Source: Somniosus microcephalus (Eukaryota). Taken from it: DNA of 64,000 nt. Made by a program: the position numbers and the translations under genes. Every line of letters begins with the position of its first letter. The stretch's first letter is position 1. The DNA lies in the NCBI GenBank assembly GCA_052327205.1, contig CM126203.1, positions 146,196,001 to 146,260,000 of the forward strand. Reading direction: 5' to 3'. This document shows positions 51,656 through 64,000 of the stretch, in pieces. A model generated the notes under the pieces. The model saw nothing but the letters and a program-made list of their open reading frames with translations, did not search any database and was not told the DNA's origin.

Positions 51656-54600
51656 GGGGGAGTGTTACCTGGACGCTGCGTTCCAGGAGGCATTCACACT
51701 CCTTAGATTAATTCATTCAAATTTGGTCTGTGGTCAGGGACAGGTGGGTGTGACTACGAGTGAGGCAGGTATGGGGACCCAGGAGGTAGTGGTGGAGGAG
51801 CCACAGCCCTTGCTCTTGTCCAACAGTTACGAGGTTCTTACTCCCTGTGCGGGCAAGAGCAGGGACTGCAGTGAGGATGAGCAAACTGACCACAGCACCG
51901 TGGTACAGGGAGCCATTCAGCTGGGGGGAGCAAAAAGAAATGTGGTAGTGGTAGGGGACAGTAAAGTTAGGAGGACAGACACTGTTCTCTGCAGCCAAAA
52001 GCGTGAGTCCCGAAGGCTGTGCTGCCTGCCCGGTGCCAGGGTAAAGGACATCTCCTCTGGGCTGGAGAGGAACTTAGAGTGGGAGGGGAAAGATCCAGTT
52101 GGCGTGGTGCATGTGGGCACCAACGACATAGGTAGGACAAAGAAAGAGGTTCTGCTGAGGGAGTATGAGCAGCTAGGGGCTAAATTAAAAAGCAGAAACA
52201 CAAAGGTAATAATCTCTGGATCTCTGAGCCACGTGCAAATTGGCATACGGTAAATAAGATCAGAGAGATGAACGAGTAGCTCAAATATTGGTGTAGGAGA
52301 AATGGGTTTCGATTCTTGGGGCACTGGCATCAGTACTGGGGTAAGAGGGAGCTGTTCCATCGGGATGGGCTTCATTTGAACCAGGCTGTGAGCAGTGTCC
52401 TGGCGAACGAATAACGAGGGTTGTAGAGAGGGCTTTAAACTAAATAGTGGGGGGGAGGGATCCGCTGAGCGGAAATTAAAAAAGTCAATGAAAAATGAGA
52501 AGGCAAAAGTGCAGGGTAGCGATAGGGGTAATGATAACCAGAGTGTGACAGGAAGGGACAGATTGTATACACATAAGAGTGCATCAGAAAGAGGGGTCAG
52601 AGTAGGGAAAAATGGTAAAAAAACAAAATTAAAAGCTCTATGTCTGAACGCACGCAGCATTCCTAACAAGATAGATGAGTTGACAGCACAAATAGAAATA
52701 AATGGGTATGATCTGATAGCCATTACAGAGACGTGGTTGCAAGGTGACCAAGGCTGGGAACTGAATATTCAGGGGTATTTGCCATTTTGTAAGGATAGGC
52801 AGAAAGGAAAAGGAGGTGGTGTAGCTCTGTTAATAAGCGATGAGATCAATGCAGTAGTGAGAAATGATATTGGCTTAGAAGATCAAGACGTAGAATCAGT
52901 TTGGGTGGAGATAAGAAATAATGGCCCAGAAATTCGGGTCGGGGGCTTCCCGCGGGTGCAAGCCCCCGACCTGCACTTACCTTGCGCGCAGGCTGTTGAG
53001 CTGTGAGCCCCCGTGGAATTCCAATCCTGGGCCTGCTCCAACTGCCAGCGCGCAGTGCTTCCGTATCCTGGGGCGCAGTTAGTTCGATGCATCCCCTGGG
53101 ATCACGTGGGCCAGGGGGAGCCAATCGGACCAGGGAATGCTTCATTCATAAGTTTGACAGGAAGTGCTGTCAAACTTAGAAATACTACGAGCCCCAAAAC
53201 ATCACTAAATCTTCAAATGATTTTTTTTTAAACATCACATTTTTTAAATAAACTATAAATTACATGAAATAGCTATTTTAAACAATAATTTAAATTTTTG
53301 GAAAAAATAATTTTATCTTCTAACGGGGCTAAAAATAAACTTACCTTTCTTTAAAGTATTTAAAAATAATAAACCTGTGGGAAAAATGTTTTAATTTTAA
53401 TGAATTCACCACTTACCTTGTAAAAAGCAGGCCTTACGACTGCTTTTTAAATGTCTAACTCCTGGAGACTTACCCTCCCGGGAAAACCTGCAAAAAAAAG
53501 TACGTTCGATGCGCACGTGCACCACCTCTTAACCCCTGCTTTCAGGGGAACAGAAGTGCCGGTTTCCCGCGCATGCGCAGTGCATGCAGGAAACCGGCAC
53601 TTCCATTGGGCCTACGGGTGAGTACTCACCCGTGGAGACCCGAAGTTCTGGGCCATTAATAAGGGTAAGAAGTCACTGGTGGGAGTGGTCTACAGGCCCC
53701 CAAAAAGTAGCCACATTGTAGGACAGAGTATGAATCAAGAAATAATAGAGGCTTGTAAGAAAGTACGGCTATAATCATGGGAGATTTTAATCTTCATATT
53801 GATTGGACAAAGCAAATTGGCAAAGGTAGACTTGAGGAAGAGTTCTTAGAGTGAATGCGGGATGGTTTCTTGGAACAATACATTGTGGAACCAACCAGGG
53901 AGCAGACTATTTTAGATCTGGTAATGCGTAATGAGGCTGGATTAATTAATGATCTCGAAGTGAAGGATCCTCTTGGGAAGAGTGATCATAGCCTGGTAGA
54001 ATTTCAAATGCAGTTTGAGGGTGAGAAAGCTAGGTCTCAAACTAGTGTCCTGAACTTAAAGAAAGGTAATTACAAGGGTACGAAGGCAGACTTGGTTAAA
54101 GTGGACTGGGAAAATATATTACAGGGTAAGACTGTAGAAAAGCAGTGGTAAACATTTAAGGAGATATTTCATAACTCTCAGCAAAGATATATTCCAGTGA
54201 GAAAGAAAGACTCTAAGAAAAGGATGAACCATCCGTGGCTAACTAAGGAAGTAAAGGATGGTATTAAATTGAAAACAAAGGCAAACAATGTTGCGAAGAA
54301 TAGTGGAAGGCCAGAGGATTGGGAAATTTTTAAAAACCAGCAAAGGACGACTCAAAAAAAATAATAAAGAGAGAGAAGATAGTTTATGAGAGTAAGCTAG
54401 CAAGAAATATAAAAACAGACAGTAAGAGCTTCTACAGGTATATAAAAAGGAAGAGAGAAGCCAAAGTAAACGTTTGTCCCCAAGAGGATTTGTCTGGGGA
54501 ATTAATAATGGGAAACAGGGAAGTGGCGGAGACTTTGAACAAATATTTTGTATCGGTTTTCACAGTAGAAGACACTAAAAGCATCCCAATAATGGATAAT

Positions 54601-56270
54601 CAAGGGGCTATTGGGGTGGCGAACTTAAAATAATCAATAACACTAGAGAAAAAGTACTAGGCAAACTAATGGGACTAAAGGTGGACAAGTCCCCTGGACC
54701 CGATGGCCTGCATCCTAGGGTCTTAAAAGAGGTGGCTGCAGAGTTAGTGGATGCATTAGTTGTAATCTACCAAAATTTCCTGGATTCTGGAGAGATCCCA
54801 GTGGACTGGAAAACCGCAAATGTAACGCCCCTATTTAAGGAAGGAGGGAGACAGAAAGCAGGCAACTATAGACTAGTTAGCCTAACATCTGTCATTGGGA
54901 AAATGCTGGAGTCCATCATTAAGGAAGTGGTAGCAGGACATTTAGAAAATCATAATATAGTCAAGCAGAGTCAGCATGGTTTTATGAAAGGGAAATCATG
55001 TTTGATAAATTTGCTGGAGTTCTTTGAGGATGTAATGAGCAGGATGGATAAAGGGGAACCAGTAGATGTCATGTATTTGGATTTCCAGAAGGCATTCGAT
55101 AAGGTGCCACATAAAAGGTTATTGCACAAGATAAGAGCTCACAGGGTTGGGGGTAATATATTATCATGGATAGAGGATTGGCTAACTAACAGAAAACAGA
55201 GAGTCAGGATAAATGGGTCATTTTCAGGTTGGAAAACTGTAACTAGTAGGGTGCCGCAGCGATCAGTGCTGGGGCCTCAACTATTTACAATCTATATTAA
55301 TGACTTGGATGAAGGGACCGAATGTAACATAGCCAAATTTGCTGATGATACAAAGATAGATGGGAAAGCAAATTGTGTGGAGGACGCAAAGAATTCCAAA
55401 GGGATATAGATAGGCTAAGTGAGTGGCCAAAAATCTGGCAGATGGAGTATAATGTGGGAAAATGCAAGGTTATCTACTTTGGTAGGAAAAATACAAAAGC
55501 AAATTATTATTTAAATGGGGAGAGATTACAAAATGCTGAGGTACAGAGGGATCTGGGGGTCCTTGTACATGAATCACAAAAAGTTAGCATGCAGGTACAG
55601 CAAGTAATTAGGAAGGCAAACAAAATGTTGGCCTTTATTGCAAAGGGAATGCAATATAAAAGTAGGGAAGTCCTGTTACAACTGTACAGGGCGTTGGTGA
55701 GACCACACCTGGAGTACTGCGTACAGTTTTGGTCTCCTTATTTAAGGCAGGATATACTTGCATTGGAGGCAGTTCAGAGAAGGTTCACGAGGTTGATTCC
55801 GGAGATGAAGGGGTTGTCTTATGAAGAAAGGTTGAGCAGGTTGGGCCTATACTCATTGGAGTTTAGAAGAATGAGAGGGGATCTTATTGAAACATATTTT
55901 TGAAGGGGCTTGACAGGGTAGATGCAGAAAGGATGTTTCCCCTCGTGGGGGAATCTAGATCTAGGGGGCATAATTTCAGAATAAGGGGGCACCCATTTAA
56001 AATGGAAATGAGAAGGAATTTCTTCCCTCAGAGGGTTGTGAATCTTTGGAATTCTCTTCCCCAGAGAGCTGTGGAGGCTGGGTTATTGAATATATTTAAG
56101 GTGGAGATAGATAGATTTTTGAATGATAAGGGAGTCAAGGGTTATGGGGAGCAAGCAGCGAAGTGGAGTTGAGGCCAAGATCAGATCAGCCGGGCTCTTA
56201 TTGAATGGCGGAGCAAGCTCGAGGGGCCAAATTACCTACTCCTGCTCCTACATCTTATGTTCTTATGTAT
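51656..56270 (+). mobile_element. long 5'-truncated CR1 LINE (partial esterase ORF1 plus decayed ORF2)
   Basis: VVVVGDS, HVGTND; LNARS, ITETW; YLDFQKAFD, FADD; paralogous to 34557-39730; many frameshifts. Confidence 0.92.
52922..53656. mobile_element. Harbinger-type MITE inside the CR1 endonuclease
   Basis: TIR TGGCCCAGAAATTCGGGTC / GACCCGAAGTTCTGGGCCA; TAA-like target duplication. Confidence 0.85.
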
Positions 56271-56700
56271 GTTATGAAAGTATTCGCAAAGGAATGGGAA
56301 AGAGCAGGGGAGTGGGACTAATTGGATAGCTCTTTCAAAGAACCGGCACAGGAACAAAGGTACGAATGGCTTCCTTCAATGTTGTATCATTCTATGATTC
56401 TATGATTCTATGAATTTCCAGTAGAGTCCTTTTGAGGCACATCTTGGGTGGGCCAAAACTTCTGCCTGCCCCATGGATCCACTCATGACCCTACTCGATA
56501 TCCCAAGGTATTAACGTATGGTGCATAGGCGCCACTGTTATTTATTACACTAATGTGGCACGCACCTCAAGTGAGGGAGAGGAATTTTGCTGTGGTACCG
56601 TGCCATGATGTAACTGGGCCCAGTAGTCTAAAGAGAAATTCCTAAAAAAAAAATTAAGGTTTCTTTTGTCTTTGCTTCCAGTTTCCCCATGGTAATTGAT

Positions 56701-57086
56701 CACATAGAAACATAGAAGATAGGAGCAGGAGTAGGCCATTCGGCCCCTCGAGCCTGTTCCACCATTTAATGAGATCATGGCTGATCATCCAAATTCAGTA
56801 CCCTGTCCCTACTTTCTCCCCATATCCCTTGATCCCTTTAGCCTTAAGAAATATATCTAACTCCTTCTTGAATATATTTAATGAATTGGCCTCAACTGCC
56901 TTCTGTGGTAGAGAATTCCACAAGTTCACCACTCTCTGGATGAAGAAATTCCTCCTCATCTCAGTCTTAAATGGCTTACCCCTTATCCTTAGACTGTGAT
57001 CCCTGGTTCTGGACTCCCCCGCCATCGGGAACATCCTTCCTGCATCTAACTCCTTCTTGAATAGTCTGTCTAGTCCTGTTAGAATT
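56701..57086 (-). mobile_element. CR1 3' fragment
   Basis: ORF 56795..57109 (RRNFFIQRVVNLWNSLP) and CR1 tail. Confidence 0.88.
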
Positions 57087-57404
57087 TCTGCAATTGACTG
57101 CATTACCAAAAATGGCTGTTAAAATTTAAATCTCACCAGAGGCCTTTAGCAAGGTTGGATACAAGGGACGCACAGGCATTCCTTGCACCCTGTGCAGCTA
57201 GGGCAAAAATTAACGGAAATACATTGTATGACTTACTTCTCTCATTTGTGTGTCATTATAATACTGCACCTGTCTCCCTTAACCTGTAACTTCTGATGGG
57301 CAGTAATGGGTAGATGTAGAGAAAGGGAAGGCATGGAGAGGTGAAAGACCCAAGTTAGGACAAATAGCAGCAGAGCAGAAAGAAGAGTGCATGTGTCACC
57401 TGCT

Positions 57405-57660
57405 TAACTTGCCCTTCCTGGTAAGGTTGTGCAATTTCTTTTGGCACTTCAGAGCTAGAAACATTCACCTAGTATACGACCACCTGCCATGCTCTTTATA
57501 CAACTCTTTTGGCCAGCCTCTGGCCATGACGGTGGAAATGGACCTCTCTTCTGCTGTACTTTGCAACTCACTGTATTTCCACTGCAGGGGCCCTAATTTT
57601 TCTGGCAATGCTCTCAACCACTGAGTTGGAGAGAGTTTTTGGAAAGTTCTCATCAGCCCC
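57405..57660 (-). pseudogene. decayed Harbinger Myb-like exon
   Basis: Minus strand ...KCQKKLHNLTRKGK followed by GTTAAG, paralleling QCRKKFNNLT..K|GTTAAG at 34340-34384. Confidence 0.4.
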
Positions 57661-59001
57661 AATAAAATGCAGCCTCAGGGTTCAGATCATGACACCAATG
57701 CTTCCAAAAGGTCACCTCTAGGACCTGCTACCAACTCCTCCAAAAGGCCCGTTCTATCTCTGAACATCAACTGCTCTAAGTAGTCACCTACAAGAGGTCA
57801 GTGGAGTTTGTTGGCTATAGAAATAAATCTATAAAAATTGTATTGAATTCCATTCAAACTGATGGAGCTAAACTTTAGTTGCTGACCCAGAACAAAATTG
57901 TTCAAAGTTATTCTGTAACTTAACCGAATTATGCCAGCCTCTTTTAGTGGGTGTCGGACTTTGACAGAGAGGGATAAGTATATAATCAGAGTTCATCTTT
58001 AAGCCTGGTATAATGCTCAAAATAAATGCCAAAAAAATTCACACAGGTGTCAAGAATTCATGAGAATATGCAAATGCTTGTTAAGTTATTCAGTGTCCAA
58101 CGCCACACAGTCCACTCAATACAAATAAGTTTGATTGATGTTATTTGACAACTGAAATGGTAATTTAGTGCAGGCTGTACAATTCAACGCACATTAGATA
58201 AACTCTGTCAAGGTCAATTCATAAGAGTTGCATCAATTTTAAAGCAGTTTCATCCCCCAAATAATAAAATCCCTGATAGTCACATTTTTCTGTATTCCTT
58301 TCTGTAGTGCTTTTGGTCCATAGATGGTTGAGACTTATTTTTAACTAGACTTATACAGTAGAAATTCATCTGCTGTTGATGCAATCTACCCATAAACAAC
58401 ACATTTTCAGCATTTTTATGCTGATTAAAAATGGGATCTCTGTTACATTAACAGTGTTTTAAGTAAAGAGCATATGTCTGAAGAAGCCGAATTCTCCATT
58501 ACATATTTGATCTTTTTCTTTCCCATGGTTGATTGACATTACCATGTAGAGCTATATATCCAAATAACTAAATATAACATGTGGTTATTTAGTTCTTAAT
58601 TCTCACTGCAAATTGTTCTTGCCAAAAAGTGCCTTAGCCATCCAAGCTAATTAGCTTTCAAAGTGCTGAAGAGTTGTTTCTACACCCAATGACTTAGCGT
58701 TACAGTGCGCTATTTTGAAGTTTATTGACAGAATGCCATTAATAGAGAACAGTAGAGAAGCTTTAAATTCCATTATTTAAAAAAAAATTATTTGGCATTT
58801 TAATGGAGTTTTAAATGTAAACAGATATTCATAATTAGCCAAATTAGCATGCTCAGAATAGTTTGATCCTGGTATTTTCACATGGAGACATGCTAGTATC
58901 TTGAAACATGGAAAGGTATTATTACTATTACAATCTTGAGTGGGAATTGCCTGGAAACTTGCGCCATTAGAATGACATATCTATGTCATTGGGTCTGTAT
59001 T

Positions 59002-59198
59002 ACAACAACTTGCATTTACATAGTACCTTTAATGGAGTAAAATATTCTAAGGCGCTTCACAGGAACATTATCAAACAAAATTTGACACCAATCCGCATAA
59101 GGAGATATTAGGACGGGTGATCAAAAGCTTGGTTAAAGAGGTAGTTTTGAAGGAGTGTCTTAAAGGAGGAGTGAGATGTAGAGAGGTGGAGAGGTTTA
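59002..59198 (-). mobile_element. L2 3' tail
   Basis: ACAACAACTTGCATTTACATAG is the reverse complement of the L2 tail seen at 3570-3760. Confidence 0.8.
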
Positions 59199-60760
59199 AA
59201 TGTTGGGAAGACCGAAGTCATTGGGGGAGAAATTTGGTATTGCCCTGTTTGGGGCGCTAAATTTTGAAAGCTGGAAAAATTAGCGCCAGGCGCTGATGAT
59301 TCTCAGCTTTCTCTAAATTGGGTGTTAGCGCTTCAGGAAGGAAGTGGAGCACGAAATTAAGTGCTACCACTTCCCTTCTGGAGCGCTAAACCACGCAGGA
59401 GGGGTGGTAGAGGTGCAGCGCTGCACAATGTCCCGTGCAGCACTGCCGGGATCCGAGGCTCCTTCCCTCCCTTAAAAGGAAGGGCCATTGCTGCAGGCTT
59501 TGCATTTCAATGATGTCCCTCATCGTCGACGGCAGCCGGGATCCGTGACGATTAGTCCCAAGCACTCTAACAGAGTGCAGGGCTGATCAATCACGGCAGT
59601 TAAAAATTTTGAAACAACAACCTAAGGGATAGAAGCAATTTTTTTTCCGCAGACCAACGGCCTTACCTTTAATTACCGCTCCTGAAGCACCCGGCCTACC
59701 GAACAACGCCTCCTGCAGCTGTCGGTGTTATTGCCCGGCGATGCTGCAGGGGGTTGAACCGAATTTCAGGACCAGGGTGCTGTGCAGCCAGATGACGTCA
59801 CGATCTCTGGGCGCAGGAGATCGTGGCACTAGGGGTTACCGCCGCTGCAAACCTCTAGGTGAATTTTGTGGGTAGCAGTACTATCGCCGTGCTCGGGCGG
59901 TAAGTCGTTAGCGCCCCATTATCGCCCCCCCCAGAGGCACGAACGGATGGCGCGAAGGTACCGAATTTCTCCCCCATTGTCTTCGGTCCACGCCACAAAC
60001 CCCGTTCCCTAGCCTCCAACTCTATCCCTCTCTCTAGCATTTGTCTGAGGCTGAACCAGACTGTTTGCAACCTTGGTGTCATATTTGACCCTGAAATAAG
60101 CTTCTGACCACATATCCACAACATAACTAAGACTGCCTATTTCCACCTCTGTAATGTCGCCCGCCTCTGCCACAGCCTCAGCCTCAGCCTCTGCCTCTGC
60201 CTCTGCCTCAGCTCATCTGCTCCTGAAACCCTCATCCATGCCTTTGTTACCTCTAGACTTGACTATTCCAACGCACTCCTGGCTGGCCTCCCATGTTCTA
60301 CCCTACGTAAACTTGAGGTCATCCGAAACTCGGCTGCCCGAGTCCTAACTCGCACCAAATCCCGTTCACCCATCGTCTCTGTGCTCGCTGACCTATATTG
60401 GCTCCTAGTTAAGCAATGCCTCGACTTTAAAATTCTCATCCTTGTTTTCAAATCCCTTCATGGCCTCACCCCTCCCTATCTCTGTAATCTCCTCCAGTCC
60501 TACAACCCTCCGAGATATCTGTGCTCCTCTAATTCTGGCCTCTTGAGCATCCCTGATTTTAATCGCTCAACCGTTGGTGGCCGTGCCTTCATCTGCCTAG
60601 GGCCTAGGCTCTGAAATTTCCTCCCTAAATCTCTCGGCCTCTCTACCTCTCTTTCTTCCTTTAAGACAGTCCTTAAAACCTACCTCTTTGACTAAGCTTT
60701 TGGTTATCTGCCTTATGTAGCTTGGTGTCAAATTTTGTTTTATAACACTCCTGTTTTTAC
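59199..60760 (+). mobile_element. L2 3' fragment split by a MITE, with a (GCCTCA/GCCTCT)n expansion at ~60163-60211
   Basis: NVGKTEVIVFGP, NLGVIFDP, LIHAFVTSRLDYSN motifs. Confidence 0.85.
59223..59975. mobile_element. Harbinger-type MITE
   Basis: 17-bp TIR GGGGGAGAAATTTGGTA / TACCGAATTTCTCCCCC (1 mismatch); TSD ATT. Confidence 0.88.
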
Positions 60761-61730
60761 TTTTTCACTTTTTACCACCTAACATTCAGTGGAGTTTCAC
60801 TGTGATATGCAACAACCCACACTCGTAGCATAGAGGATAATAAGGATTTCCAGATGATTCTTTAGAGGCAGGTCTGTCTGTACCTGAGGCACGTGGCACA
60901 GTCCCACCATTGCCCAGGTAGGTGGGCCCATGCACTCTGTTAGGGCTACTTGGGGATGTCAGCAGCGATGTGTCTTCAGTACCTATGTTTGACCAGGGAT
61001 GCATTTCTACAGGTTGAGATTGTGCTGCCAAGGTAGCATTTGGTTGCACCTGCATAAAAGTCAGTTTAAGAGGTTGGAGTTGAGGGAACACGTGCACAGT
61101 GAGACACAAATGCATAATCTGCATACCAACCTGGGGTCAGTAAGGTTTTTCCAAAAACGATAACAGTGAGTAGTGGCCTAGACTCCTTTTCCGAACAGCA
61201 TTAATCCGCCCTTTTCCCTTGGTGCACCAGCTAGGAAAGAAACACACACTTACTGGCCTAGATTTTATACTTCCGTGGAATTGGGGCACATTGCCAGTAT
61301 GGAAAAATCCCCCACCCAGCATTGCTATAGTATGCCACAAATGATAGGAAATGTGTTGGAGGATGTATTTTCCTCATTTGCATCTGCTTACAATATACTC
61401 ACCCAAATGTGGGTGGGCATTTTGTGTGTCCTGCCTGCCTGCAGGATATTGGGGGCTTGCAAATACTGGTGGGGGCAGAGTAGAGCAGATCCTCAACCAA
61501 TTTTCTTTCCCCAAACCTCACGGGCAGAGGGCCTTTCTAGAAATGTTAGTGATTTCTTCATAACAATCAAAGCTGTGATCCTATTTGTTAGCCAGTGCTT
61601 TGGCAACAATCTTAGTACTGTTCTGAGTGAGAAGATTGTTTGATCCACTTAATCTAATAAACTGGATTATTTTGCTAGATGCTTTTATTCAACAAGCATG
61701 CTAGAAATGTGTATTGTTAGCTATCTCTTT

Positions 61731-63850
61731 GGCTGGGGGTTTGCTCAACTCAGCGGGTCCGGTGCTGGCTCCAGCCCGCTGCCTAAAATGAATTTATGTT
61801 GATGGGGCTTGTTAAGCCCACCCAGCGTGTTTCCCAGTCCAATTAGAGGAAGCAGGCCTGATGGCATAATTCATGAGGCGTCATCAGCTGGTTTCCTTAA
61901 AGGGACCATGCCACCTTACTTTTGACATTTGTACTGTCAGTGTTCTACAGCATTGAAGTGCTGCAAACACTGCCAATCACTGCACAGAGGTGCAGGGCTG
62001 CACCTAGGTTTACCCATTGTAATCAACCACCACCTAGACTGAGGGGTGTGTTGATGCGGGGGGGGGGGGGTGCAGTGGAGGACACAAGCAGTCACAAGAT
62101 TGGTAAATGAAAAACAGCAGTTAGCTGTGTTTTATTTTTAGAAAACAGGGAGAAAGGTTCACGTCTGGCAAAATCCAAAACCATATGACGTTCAAAATTA
62201 AAACAATGAAGAACAAAACCATCAGCCACCCCGGGTGGTTAGGAAGGCAGTCCTTAAATCAATTTTCTCCAAAAACAATAAGCCAGGGTTACTTTACCAC
62301 TGGATCTTTCTCAGCCAGTCCAGGGATCATATCAGGCTCTCAGAACTAAACAATATTCCACCCAGGTTCCATATAAGACCTCCAGGTGGCAGGTGGCAGG
62401 TGGCAGGTGGCAGGTGGCAGGTGGCAGGTGGCAGGTGGCAGGTGGCAGGTGGCAGCCGGTCCCCCCGGGCCCTCTCCTCAGGCACTGGCCCTGAAGGGAT
62501 GCACCAGTTTGCCTTTTGAACTCCTGAGCTAATGGGTAGATTTGCCTCAGGTGTGTTGGAGGTGGGTGTGGCCTTCACCTAAATTGGAGTGAGAGGGGGA
62601 CTTTGTCTCCATCTGGTGGCCACATACCGTCCATCCACCACAAACCACCCCACAGCTCACACCATTGACTCCCTCCATATGCTTATGGAAGGAGTCACAG
62701 CACGCAGGGAGGTCCTCTTCCCTTCCCATGGGCGGAAGAGACCTCCCCAGGAGAACAACACAGCCTGGTTGCACATGGCAGAAGAGGTCACAAGCAGGGA
62801 TGTGGTCAGGAGGCGCAAACCTTTCAATGATCTCATTAGATCACGAAACAGTACAAAGCCACACTCTCCATTATCCTCCTGTGCCTCTCATCACATCCCC
62901 ATCACGCTGCCTTCCCTACCCTACTCCTGCACATCCTTACTCACACAACCTACCTTGCACCTCCACCCATCCCTCTCTCTCTATCTACATTATCACATCC
63001 CCATCTCACTAGCCACCCCTCACACTCACCCTCATCCTCGTGCAATCATGCCACCTAACAACACACAAGAGTAGGCACTTGGGTGCTTTATCCAATGTTC
63101 ATGTAAAGTTTCTGTTAATGTGGTGTCAAACATTGAAACCTTTATTTTCAACACTTTGCGTTCTTGGACAGATTTGTGTGCACCTTTGGAAGTGGCTTAG
63201 TGAGTTGCAGTGAATGGTGAGACATAACGGCACCCTGCGCATTGGTGGTGAGTGTGAAAGGAATGGCTTGGACATTGTAGGGATGCTTTATGGTGCTGGT
63301 GTGGGGTGGTGCCAACCTGGCGAATCATGTGGCAGCCAGGGTGTACAGTGTCAAGTGAATTAAGTCTCGCCGTGGGGAGGCCTCCCGGGTAGCAATGTGG
63401 TTGGGTACTGATGCCCTGTGTCCTGTGCAGCATCAGTTGATTGCAGAGAAGGTTGGTGCTGCTGGTGTTGGGGCTGATCGTAGTCGGATTCTGAGGACCA
63501 AGGTGAGACAGTATAAAGGGCACTCATGTTAATGGAATAGATGGCAGGTAAAGCAGAGATGAAAGAAGAAATCTGTCAATGGTGAGAGATGTTCCAGTGA
63601 GGTGACACTGGATGGAGAGTTTGCACAAAACACTTGCAGCCTTCATAAAGCTCAATCTGTGTTCCAAATGGAGTAAGCAACAGCTTCTGCGCTTGGAAAA
63701 TGAACAGCTGTGATGTGAGAGCTTTTATAGCACATTTAAGGCTGTCAACTAATCAGCTGATTCAGTGGCCATTCAACTTCCACCTCAGGTTCACAGACGT
63801 GGTCCCCAAGCAGCGTAGACCCCGTGGCCGAGCTGTTAAAGTTAAAAGAT
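61731..63850 (+). mobile_element. non-autonomous Harbinger derivative (inverted sister of 25083-26799)
   Basis: MEGVTARREVLFPSHGRKRPPQENNTAWLH...FNDL; near-identical downstream sequence in the opposite orientation. Confidence 0.75.
62018..62661 (-). mobile_element. solo LTR-like insertion with (GGTGGCA)10
   Basis: TGT...ACA termini; 4-bp duplication CCAT; minus-strand AATAAA at ~62135; interrupts the host element precisely. Confidence 0.7.
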
Positions 63851-63852
63851 AA

Positions 63853-64000
63853 GGGCCTAGAAATTCAGTAGGCCTAGCGCCCCATTTGGGGCGCTGGAGG
63901 GCCTAGCGCCGGAGTTATGGCCAGTTTAAAAATTCCCTGGGGCCCTGGAATTGGCGGTAGACCGGTAGCGCTGCGCCGGCACCGATGACGTCATCGGTGT
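63853..64000. mobile_element. left end of a GC-rich Harbinger MITE (same family as 12215-12896)
   Basis: GGGCCTAGAAATTCA TIR; closely matches 12215-12360. Confidence 0.88.

Larger units (their letters stand above)
51462..56412 (+). mobile_element. older CR1 3' fragment (about 51462-51655 and 56275-56412) split by a younger CR1
   Basis: GATAAATACTTGAAGG continues as ...GGGAAAGAGCAGGGGAGTGGGACTAA and a (ATTCTATG)n tail after the insertion. Confidence 0.7.

Noticed and set aside
51917-52723. 268-aa minus-strand ORF
   Set aside because: Antisense shadow of CR1 ORF1/ORF2

Overview
Eukaryotic, transposon-saturated, apparently gene-free window. The repeat repertoire (HE1/V-SINE, CR1 with esterase ORF1, L2, Harbinger) points to a cartilaginous fish; this is inference from recalled repeat families. 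It holds four Ty3/Gypsy LTR retrotransposons with both LTRs, PBS, PPT and 5-bp TSDs. One is nested inside another and all have broken ORFs. There is a decayed two-gene PIF/Harbinger transposon (33886-43072) with a near full-length CR1 LINE in its Myb-gene intron. The rest is many Harbinger MITEs or deletion derivatives, CR1/L2 fragments, SINEs and a solo LTR. No intact host gene was recognised. The best leads are three. (1) A double-ENE-like U-rich RNA structure lies in a CR1 3' UTR between two duplicated 3' tails. (2) A 67/68-bp TATA + splice-donor monomer array forms a CR1 5' end. (3) A LINE endonuclease ORF sits directly behind a tRNA-derived Pol III head. All alignments and folds were done by eye, and boundaries without a TSD/TIR are approximate.
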